DNA from: Marsupella aquatica
Lineage: Eukaryota > Plantae > Marchantiophyta
Reading direction: 5' to 3'
Length of the DNA: 64,000 nt
Assembly: GCA_973895155.1 (NCBI GenBank)
Contig: OZ316892.1
Location: 322,817 to 386,816, forward strand
A program made the position numbers and the translations under genes. Positions 1 to 10,700 of this stretch are shown here, piece after piece (the first letter of the stretch is position 1; the number at the start of each line of letters is the position of its first letter). The notes under the pieces were generated by a model. That model saw only the letters and a list, made by a program, of their open reading frames with translations. It searched no databases and was not told the DNA's origin.

Positions 1-1195
1 TGAGACTCCCGGTCCCTAACAAATGAAAACTTCCTCCTTATATACTATTCTCCTTCCACACCACACCAAGGTAGCCCACCAAGGACCAAGGACCAAAGTA
101 GCCCACCAAGGACCAAGGACCAAGGTAGCCCATCAAGGACCAAGGACCAAGGACCAAGGTAGAGGACCAAAGTAGCCCACCAAGGACCAAGGTAGCCCAC
201 CAAGGACCAAGGACCAAAGTAGCCCACCAAGGACCAAGGACCAAGGACCAAGGACCAAGGTAGCCCACCAAAGTCCTACTAACTACCAAAGTCACACTAC
301 AATGAAAGTCCAACTAACTACCACTCCCACTCAAGCTCCTTCACCTTGTGATTGCCTGGTCTATTCAACCATCTCCTAGCCGCCCTTGTGCTTGACTTAT
401 TCCTGCCTTGTGGTAGCCTCGTCGAAGCATTTTTACACTTAGTCGGATTTCGTTATTTGGGAAAAACTATAATTCCCCGGCCCATATTGTACCCACCGCC
501 AAAACTCACCCATAAGGCCAAAAGGACTTTTGAGTAGATCCATAGATTTTCTTGGCATAGGGCTATGTCCTGGTTTACTAAGATCTAAACAAAACCCTAT
601 AACAAATTTTCTAAAATTAGGTAAAGAGGGTTAATTCTTATGTTTTCCAAAATTCTTCTCAACTTTGAGATGCTCCCAAAACGTAACCGAAGGTAACCAA
701 GTTCTCCCACAAGTTTCCAGGGATAGAGTGGACCATATTTAACCTATTTTGCAACTTGGAACCCCTAACTTTTCCCATCAGCTATTTTTCCCGAGACCCG
801 CTATTTGGTAACTTTAAGTTTTGCCAAAATACTTACAACTCCTAGGTTAAGACCCCACTTGACTTTGTGACTTTTATGTGTGGTCTAGGGACTACCTAGC
901 ACCTATAGGGTGAGTCTTAGCAAAACTTATCACTCAAAAGTATCGGTCATGCCTTCGGCCCGACTTGCCGACTACCATAACTTTTTTCCACCCTTACCAA
1001 ATAACTTACTCAACTCTTGATACTTCTAAGAGAAACATGTCCTCTCCCTCAATTTATTTCCCTACTCTACTTCCCTAGTTATTAAGTTACCTTAAACCTA
1101 ACAACTCCGCTAATCACTAAACTATGTAATTACTACTCCTTGAAAGCAAAAAACTGACGCATTTCCTACTCAAGCCTCCCTTGAGCCATTCCACA
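1..1195. mobile_element. Non-coding end of an LTR-type repeat, truncating the downstream Gypsy LTR
   Basis: Ends in ...GAGCCATTCCACA where Gypsy-LTR homology begins. Part of it (e.g. 811-856) is the inverted homolog of ~40131-40175. Confidence 0.5.
64..272. repeat. Mixed short tandem repeat (CCAAGGA 7-mers interleaved with CCAAGGTAGCCCA / CCAAAGTAGCCCA units)
   Basis: Directly visible periodic sequence; it explains the low-complexity ORFs 38..313 and 45..251. Confidence 0.9.
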
Positions 1196-1196
1196 C

Positions 1197-3851
1197 AAAG
1201 CAGCCCGCCAGCCACGATGGAGGAAATCCGCAAGGCAGCTTGGGAACAAAGGCCGCGGTGGTTGATGCCGATGACTTCTACTCACTCCACCTATGCTAAA
1301 GAAATAGCCATGGTGTACAGGGAGATGTGCGAGGAACTTGCACTCAGCATCTTTGGGGAGGAGTTAGAGCAGGGACCTTTTTTCTAGAGGGAGATGTTGG
1401 AAAAATGCCGATTAGAAGAAGCAGTGGCTTTGGAGAGAAGAAAGAAAGACGAGGTCATCCGTCGGCTTAGGGCAAGGGAAGCCAAGGTGGAAGACCTGAA
1501 GGCGGACAGGAAAACCCAAGATGAGCTGCGGATTAAGCGGCATGAGGATTTAGGATAAACTGACTCAAACCCAAGGGGAGTTGGCCGATGCGGTCAAGGA
1601 GAGGGAGAAGTGGAAGCAAGAGCTGAGGGATGCAGAGGAGGCCCACATAGCAACCAACAATCGGGCCATGGCGGAAACCCAGAGAAGGGAGAGGGCGTTG
1701 AAGGGGGAGCTCAATGATATCCGCGGAGCCCTCGAGGAGAAGGAGGCCGAGTTAGGGAAATCCTATCAAATGATTATTGTGTTGCGGCAGGAGCTTGCAT
1801 CCTTGACGGCCAGCTTCAAGGCCGACCTGCGTGAGAAAGACGACCAACTTGATCAAACTTATGCCAAGATGAATAAAATGGAGTCTGAGGTCGTAACGAA
1901 GCTCAACAAGGAGCTAAGAGCAACCCAGGAGGAGAGGGCTACCTTAAGGAAGGAGTTGGAGGAAGCCCAGAAGGAGCTGGAGGAGGCGCGCAAGGACCTG
2001 GACGAAGTGCAGGAGGAGTTGGAGGAAAGCACAAGGAAGATGGAGAACTTACAACGGCAAGCTGACAACCAAACGGAGCGGCTAAAGAAACAAGCCGCAA
2101 TATTTAAGTGCTTGGCGTCATCAAGTCCAACTCCAATTGGGGCAACCAAGTTGCAAGGAGTACTACTGGCCGAAGGACAAGCCGCGACACTCGCACCGGT
2201 GCCGGAAGGAAGTGGCAAGGGGAAGGGACCAGCTGCCGAACCAGGGAAGAAGAAGAAGCGGAAACCTTCTGGATCAGGGAGTAATGCGGCAACTCAAGCC
2301 GTCGTGACCAAGGAGGTAAACCCGGCACCAACCACAGGCAGGGTCACGGCAGAGGATCCAACTACCCTAGAAGGTGGGGATGGCAAAGCCAAGGCCAAGA
2401 CACTCAGTGATGAAGCCGGGGTAACGGATCCACCACTAGAGCATGTCGGGGAGGCCGTAGCCGTATTAGAGGCCGTGGTCGATGCTGAGGGCGAAGCCGA
2501 GGGTGGACCCGGTCAGGCCGCGGGTGAGTTGACTGGGTCTGGGGCAGGTAATCTGTTAGAGGATGGACCTACGGTAGTGGTTGCGGAGGAAGCATTGGGG
2601 GCGTCCATTGAGGATTAGCCACCGCTACCATGACGGTGGTGGAGGGCCACTCCTTTTAAGGAGGGCGGACGTGGAGGGAGGAGGCGTGAGTGGGCAGGGC
2701 GGGCTCAGATCTCCAAGTTTAGAATTAGGATCAGGACCAAGAGGCGGCCCTGACACTTAGATTAGTGGGATTGCGGATCCACTGGTAAGAAGAACACTTG
2801 TGCTCCTGCCTCGCTGTACATAGGTAAATTATAATTAGGATAGATTAGGCTTACACTACAAGGAATTAGGCGGATCCACTACCAAGATAAGTACCTGGGC
2901 AGCGAGGAGTTGAGGCCTTCTTCTTTAGCAAGTTTTTAGTGCACCAGCAGGGCTGTGAAACTTGTGTATATTCATGTTTCCTCATGCCTAAGAGATGAAT
3001 AGAGTTGGCCTCAAGGCTTAGTTTGCAAATCTTCATTGAATGGTAGCAATTTTATAAATTTTGTTCCCCCACAAAAAGCCCCACGGGAAGGGCGCACAAA
3101 CAGGCAGCAAGGCCAAGAAGGCAACATCCAGTAGGGTAGCAGCCCAATCACACCGACACAACAAAGGGCCAGGCTTCCGCCTCAACCCAACACCCCCGCG
3201 CCCGGACAGAGCACAACAGGGAGGGCACCCCTAAATACACAAAGAAACACATCACACGGCCAGTCCAAATTTGGAGAGCACGGCCAAGAAAGCAACAAAA
3301 GGCAGCCAACAAGCGGCCCATCACCCAGAAGAGATCAATCTCCCACCACCGCCAACCCAACCCCTACGAAGACTGTCAATCCAGTTTGCAGATCTTGTGT
3401 ATGAGAAGTACTGTTTGTATGGCAAGTGCATGGTATAACTCAGTCAGAAGGAGTCATTTTGCTATTTGTGTGTCGCATTAACTTGTTTGAAGATTGCCCG
3501 CATTAACCAAGAAGGGAGTAAGCAAGGTAGTAAGAGTTGGATGTGTCGAGCTGAGAGAGGTCTTAGTGGCTTACCCAAGCCAATTGGGGATCATTCTGGC
3601 GGCAAAATCCAAACATACCTAAAGGAAGACCAAGAGAGGAGGCCAAGGGAAGACATAGAAGAGGCCGACTACGTATCTCATGACCCGATGAAGGATCTGT
3701 CCAATATATGTGTATAAGTTGTTTGTAGAATGAGGTTAGCAGCGTCCTATGCCGCTAAGCCGCAGAACCGGCCTCACCGAGAGCAAAACCTACGGGAATC
3801 GACTTGTGCAGGGGGGTTTCTTGGGTTTAGGGAGCCATGGGACGCACCACA
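1197..3851 (+). mobile_element. 5'-truncated, diverged copy of the giant Gypsy LTR, with the C-terminal coiled-coil half of the LTR ORF (1581..2618)
   Basis: Colinear with 20840-23235 and ends in the same terminus GGGACGCACCACA at 3851. No PBS follows; MULE sequence follows instead. Confidence 0.9.
3034..3382 (-). mobile_element. 349-bp insertion with a 14-bp imperfect TSD, probably a 5'-truncated non-LTR retroelement fragment
   Basis: Flanked by AGTTTGCAAATCTT (3020-3033) and AGTTTGCAGATCTT (3383-3396). Absent from the homologous site in the two complete LTRs. Confidence 0.6.
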
Positions 3852-4421
3852 GGAGGAAACTCAAATACAACATTTCCATTGTACTTGTTTGGCAAACAAG
3901 GAACTTGCTCGTGTTGGAAGTCCCCTGCCGCGATAAATCTTGACAGTTCACTATGTCCCGTGGCCTTGAGTAAGGCATCCATTGCACTCCGCCGGTAACC
4001 TTATGGACACCTCCGGAGGTGGCCACCGGTTCACTCTTAAGGCAACTAGAGTCTGGAACTTTGTACTTCACAGGAGGATTGGGCGCAACATCATCATCTT
4101 CACTCTAAGATATTTCAACAACCTGGGTCAAAATGTTCTCAACAACCGATTGAAGAGGAGTAAGTTGGACATGAAGCGAGTAACAAAGTTCGACATTCAT
4201 GTGCCAGAAACGTATTCCTCATCCACATCAAATGTCGCAGCACGTTCAAGTCCTGCACTCATTGACTCCTCATGAACAATCGACGCAATGTCATTGATTC
4301 TCAAATCGAATCTCCCACACAGGTAGGTTTCGCTTACTTGCTTGTAAGTATCATAAACTTGCATGGGAACCTTGACGACGTCCCCAGTACAAGCACGTGT
4401 AATAACAATTGAGCGCAACAT
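3852..4421 (-). pseudogene. N-terminal part of MULE-like transposase, copy A (truncated by the Gypsy LTR)
   Basis: MLRSIVITRACTGDVV..SETYLCGRFDLRINDI and EQVPCLPNKYNGNVVFEFP match the copy B ORF 14281..15168. Confidence 0.85.
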
Positions 4422-5384
4422 TGTAGATGAATGAAGTTAAAGCCACTGGAAATTCATGCACTAAGCCAATCCCGGCCGTATGGGTTGCTTATACCACCCC
4501 TTCAAAGAGCACCGGCCGTTAAAAGAGTTGTTTCAATACGACAGAGAACACGCACAACTTTTCGTCCGTTGAAATCATAAATGAAACATTTGTCCTTTTT
4601 GCCCGACAAGTGCGGGTGTCAGGAATATTTATAACATGAATACGACTAGATAATATCCTATACAAGTGCGTCCATTTCATTAGCGTTGGGCGCTACCTAA
4701 AAAGCATCTGAATAACAATGACTTAATTTGAAAAGTCTTGTGACTAGTGCCTGGCGCTAGCATAATCATACACGCAATATTCATGAATTGTTTTTGCAAA
4801 ATATTCCATTACAAGCATTTTTAAGTTCAAATACAGTAAATTGGTACTAGCGCTGCACCCGGCGCTAGTATTGATACAATATACTTAATACCTTAATATC
4901 AAGTAAAGTTTAGTTACTATGGTTGAGAAGAGTACATTTGGAAGTTTGTTAACAATATCTGGTACTAAAATGCAACATTAATCAAATGATTCACATGGCT
5001 AGCGCCGGGCGCTAGCATTTGTTCACCAATAAGTTTTTGAATTTAGTGGTCACTTCTTTGTTAGCGCCTGGCGCTGGCATTGCATGTCTGTCTGAAAGGT
5101 GTGGAGACAACGGTAACATTTAACGGTCACTATTGTTTAGCGTGATGATCACGCCAACATTTTAGCGTAATTCACATTAATACTTCTCACGATTTCTAAA
5201 TTGTCGCCTTCTGTCACGGATAAGTAATATTGAATCTCGTCGTTCACAATGAGTAACGTCTGATTACAAAGAGGGGAATAGAGCTCATTGATCGGATATA
5301 ATACGGATGCAATTGTTAATATGGTACGAAGAATTGGTAATCGGTCGTGAGAATTCTGTTCATACACCTTTCATCATAAAGACG

Positions 5385-6581
5385 ATGGATGCAGTCCCCT
5401 CCTCGTCGAGGGGGTATAGTGTGGTTGGGGATTGGGATCGTGGGTATTGCGAGTCTTCTGAGTCTTCATTCTCTGGTTCAATGTATACACGTCGAGTAAC
5501 AAGGTCCACCGCATCGCTTATTCCAATCTTTGGTATTTCATTTGCCAAGCCAGTGAGAATGAAAATGGAGAATCTTGATACATTTGCAATTCAAGATGTT
5601 TCATTTTCGGAGACCGATCTTATTTCAAAACACGTCATGTCTTTTGGGAAAGATTTCAGAGGTTTTGACAAAGAGCCTTCACAAATTCCGCTATGTCGAT
5701 TGGTGCATATGGAGGTTGTCCGAACTCTGCAGAAAGATAGCTCTTCCATCGACAAGCTGAAAGACTCTTTCCGTAGCATGGGATACAATTCTTCAATTGG
5801 AATGAGGTTTATGTTCAGCCCACTGATGCTGAGGGAGTGCTTCTCACCTGTACTCAAGAAATTTGTGATAGTTGGGATCCAATATGGACATCTGAGAATG
5901 AGAAATTCGAGGAAGAATATGCTGCCGACCCAGATTTTCTGGTTTTGAAGGATAGAATGTTCTCCATTTTTTACGGGAACCATAGGCTTTACTCATGGAC
6001 ACTTGTCACATAGGAGAATCCCCAAAACCCAAAGTACCACCCGCGAGTGCTTTGTACAGTTTTCAATGGGGACAAGGGTTCACTGATAGAAATCAAAGTT
6101 GCTATGCACATCGTAACCAGTAAGAGTTCTCTTTTGTGCATAACTTTGTGAGTCATTGTGAATTGTTAATTCTTTCTAGCATAACTTTCTGAGGCCATGT
6201 TTTACAAGCGCCTGACGCTGCTTATATGTTCTCATTTTGTTCTTTTATTTCAGGCTTGGACAAGCCGTTGTGGAACCCTCCTGGATCCTAGACGTCGATT
6301 GAATTAAGTGGATCTTGATGCACGACCTGGAGTATTATAGTAAGCTCATCGACCCAACGAATTACAAGAAGTTTGAGCAGATCAGGATGAAGATACAGAA
6401 GGAATCCTGGTACACAAAGAAGATGCCTCAGGAGGCTCTTGTGTACATTCTATGTCAAGATAAGATTAAGTCGAATTCAAACCAGTTCAAGATTGACATG
6501 GAGTCCGTTGCGGCCCTCGGTACCCCTTGGTCGGTCGAGGAGGTTTCCAAAAGGCATGCTGTTATGATGAAGGAAGCAACG
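5385..6581 (+). pseudogene. ParB-like-domain cargo gene, copy A (5' part, spliced, frameshifted, interrupted by copy B)
   Basis: Homologous to 12194-13658 (-). Motif RMFSIFYGNHRLYSW at ~5954-5998. GT..AG intron at ~6120-6253. Confidence 0.75.
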
Positions 6582-7780
6582 AGGTGTTTACAAAAGGCAG
6601 GAAAACAGGAAACAGGCATTCATAACAGAAACTGGTAACAAGGAAAAAGACTGGTAACAGGAAAATTCTAGTCTCAAACTTTTGAAAAAAAATTCTGGTA
6701 GCACCCGGCGCTGGTAAAAATAGCGCCGACGGCGAGGTTTTTTTAAAAGACACCAAAAAAACAAACAGGAGTAAATATAAGAAACTCGTACCGGTAGGAA
6801 CTCTCCACGGTTATTGCTAGCGCCGGGCGCTGTGAAGAGTCTATAATTTGTACCAATTGCACTCTCGGAGGATATTTAATGAAGGGGGTTATGAAATGTT
6901 TGATCTCGGAATGCTATTTAAGTCAATTATAATTAACCAAAACCTTTCAGTAGCGCCTGGCGCTACTACAGTAATCCCAGTTGACAACCATCGTCTATTC
7001 TAGCCTCCTCCCGATCAGGGTCTTTCCAGAAGACATCTAGCTGCAAAGATCCATGACTATTCCCGCCAGTTCACCTAATACCATAAAATCAGACGGAAAA
7101 CAAAACATTCATGCAACACAGCCCGGAAAGAATCGATCCACACCCAAGAACCCTTAGAAAATTGGGAAGCGCCCGACGCTAACCAATATTGCACCTGAGA
7201 ACATGTCTTCACAACTCAAACTTCAAGAATCTGAAATAAAATATAATAGTGACAGTATGTTTGAGGAGCGCCTGGCGCTAGTAAAAGTTGAAAGGGCTTA
7301 AAATCAGCCAATTCATCGAAATGGTTACATATTGAAACATTAAATGATGTATTTGAAGAAAACCCCATTGCTACCTATAAACTACCAGATGTTTTTGATG
7401 CGGAGCTTTCAGATTTGTCTGTGGACTCGGCTTTGTCATCAATGTACTTGCTTCGGGAAACATCATCTATATAAGGGTTGCTCATGAACTTCCTGTCTGC
7501 TCCCCTCTGAAGACATAGATCTTTTGTTTCCCAACAAAAAGTTCTAATTTTGTCAACCCTCCTAGCGGCATTTTCAGCGTATGAGGGAAAAACAAACGGC
7601 TTCTCAAGATTGACAATTATATTCCTAGCTAGTCTCCTCCGGAGTTGGAAATGCTTCCTCAGATTCCATTCTGACCTGATCCAGTAAAACGGAAAAACAT
7701 ATGAGTTTAGGAGATAAGAGAGCAAGAACCCAGAATTGTCAACAACACTTGAAAGGATAAAGAAGCTTACTGGAAGAACA

Positions 7781-10700
7781 TTACTCGTCTGATTCTTCGC
7801 TCTTCTCCGAAGAATCTTCCTCCTGTGTTTTCTCTGTGTCATCTCCGACGTCTCCAGAGGTACCTTCCTCTTCGTCATAATCAAAATTGAGAACAGATCG
7901 GAGCCTATCTTTCTTTTTGCAACCACTTAAATTGGTCGGAACATGCCTGGGATCAAGAAGTTCTAAGAAAACCCTTGATGCGGTCTCAACAAACTCACGC
8001 CTATTTTCCAACCCAATCACAAAATGACCAGAAAAATCACCAGCAATGAATGTGCTTCCTGAACCTACAGTCCAGTCAAGGACAATATCTCCAGGAAGAG
8101 TAAAAAGCTCTATCACTGACTGCATAAAACCAACCAAAAGAGAGGCGTTCCCAACAAAATCCAACTCCGGGCAATGATCTGTCTTCAAGGTTTGGAGCCC
8201 AATCAAGTTAGAGATCGAAGGATCTTCACTTATTGATAGAGGCTTAAACCTTCGATCCTTTGGTACCTTTCCTTTTGAAGAAGTTCGACAAAATATGTCT
8301 AGCCTAAGGGTAAATACCTGCACGCATCACACACGTTTGGCTCAAATTATCAACCGATGGGTAATGTTCGAGAACTACAGCAAAGACTAAATTAGCACCA
8401 GGCGCTGTCATGAGGTTTCCATCCTAAAGGAGGAATCCTCATATTTTGTGAAGGAAGTTGAAACCTATTTTGCTTCTAACTTGGGCAAGTTGACTTGACT
8501 TGAGCTAACTTGACCAAGGTGAAGGAGGAAGTAGAGTTATGAGGGTCAAGGTAGGGATGAGGTCAAGCCTACCCACCCTTGTTACTATTGTGGGGTATGT
8601 TTTTCATTTGTGACCAGCGATTAAGTTATCATTTGGCGGATTGGCGGAATGGAGGTTGCTTGCTCAACAAGCAAGGTATTTAGGGTTTTGGCAACATGGT
8701 GACCAGGTTCATTGAATACATGGAGGAGGTGACCAGGTTCAAGGCATGTAAGAGGGTTTGGTCCAAGTGCATCAGTTTTGTGAGATTTGGACCAGATTCA
8801 GATTTTTGTGTTAAATGGACCAGATTCAATGTATCTACTTCAACGGTGGATCTTGGTTTTGGTTAATGGATGGTTTGGATTGAAGGTGGAGATGTGAGTT
8901 AGGGCTTGGTGGAGGTCGTGGCTTTTTCAAAAATGTCGAAGCTCATTTGGTTTACAAGTTACTAAGGAGGGGTTTTTTGGCTCATTTTTGGCCGTTTGAT
9001 CTAATTGGTGTGAGATTGAGGGCTGTGATTCAACGAGGATTAAAACCATAAGTGGAGGGGCTTGTGGGTGCTCTGGGCCTTCCCACGTGGGTACTAAAGG
9101 AGGAAGTTCGAGTGGCCAAGAGTTCGGAGGTTAGATGCTGCTGAAGTGCTGCCGTTTTGCCATTTTGGAGTGTTAAGTCCCATTTTTAGTTGTAGGAGCG
9201 AACCTCTTGAGGGGAGCTCGAGCATGAGGCATGAGTGAAGGGGGAGCCCTCCTCCTTGGCCATGGCCTTAGGATTTTGAGGGTAGGAGATGTAGAGGCAA
9301 TTTTGTGAAGAGATAGATGGAGTAGAAGCTTTGAATGTGAAGAGATTGAGTTTTGTGACGGTTTTTCTAGGGATTTGGAGAGAGGTTTCGAATGTAGGAG
9401 AGGCTGACTCGAAGCCTTAGGAAGGAGGTAGGATGTGAGTAGGAAGTATAAGGGGCTTGCATGAGAGATTGCCCACAAGAAGGCATACTCGAAGTAGGTT
9501 TGTTGCTTCAAGTTTTGAGGAGAATGGACTTGTAGGAGATTTTCGAAAGCTTAGAGGAGATGAGACCTAATCTTGTTGAAGCTTGGGAGTCTTGCATTAG
9601 AGATGGCTCACTAAGAAGGCCTACTCTCTTGTAAACTCCTTGACTTGAAGCTTCGAAAGTAGATTTGGTTGATAGAAGGAAGTATGAGAGAAGGAGACTA
9701 GGGTTTTGAAGCTTGGATAGGCTATGGAGGGATTTTGAATGCTTGGTTGATGATTAGACTTGGTGATGATTCATTTTTTCTAGGAGGGTCTTGCTTGTGA
9801 CCCATGTTTTTACTTGGAGACCATGATGCTACATGTGCCTTCTTGCTATGCATTTAGAGGAGAGGTATCCTCGTTTTTGAGATGTGTGTTGATGCCTTGC
9901 TTTGGCTATGAGTGATGGAATGGTTAGAATGAATGTCTTCATGCCATTTTCGAATGTTGTTGTGAGCTTGAAGGTGTTTTTGAAAGTAGATGGGTTGGAT
10001 GAAGGTACTTTCAAAAGTAGTTATTATGCATGAGGGAAGTTGCAAGAGTAAAGAGTGAAGGCATTTTTGATTGATGGAATGGGTTGTTTGTGGATTGTAC
10101 TTGGTGGTTCTACTAGAGGAAGGGACTAAGGTCAATTCCATGTTTGTTAAGGAGTTTGTTGACCAACCCTAGGTCATTTTTCGAAAGTAGTTTTCCATGT
10201 TTCAACAGTTGGATGTTTGAATGGTGCATAGAGATCCCTTGCATACCTTTGGATGTCCCACTTGTCTTAGCCACAACCAAGAGTGACCCGTAACTTGACC
10301 ACATTGATGTAAGCTTGAACTTGTGTACCTTAGAGGGTTGCAAGGGATTGTGTGCAATCAAGTGTTGGAAAAGGAATGGTGACCAATTGAATGTTGGGCT
10401 TAGACTTGTGAGGATTACATTGGGAAGCTTGAACTAGTTATTTTGATTGTGATTGGATATGAGTATGTAAATGGCTTGAGTTTCGAAAGCATGCTTGCTT
10501 GCTTGTGATGATGTGGATGAAAGGTTAGGGTAGATACTTTGTCTTGTTTGCAACCGTTTCCTATCTCAAGCAGCCATACACCCTGCGTGTCCCTTGAGGC
10601 CCTTTCCCACCTCTTTGCTTATCCTCAGGACAGCGCTAACAATAAACAAGAGATGCAACGATCTGTACCTGAATATTGGTGTTTGCTCTGTACATGGGCA

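Noticed and set aside
38-313. ORFs with LGPWSLV repeats
   Set aside because: They are translations of a tandem repeat.
4681-7280. Palindrome clusters as a CRISPR array or integron attC sites
   Set aside because: Spacing is irregular, the copies sit in introns, and there are no cas or integron integrase genes.
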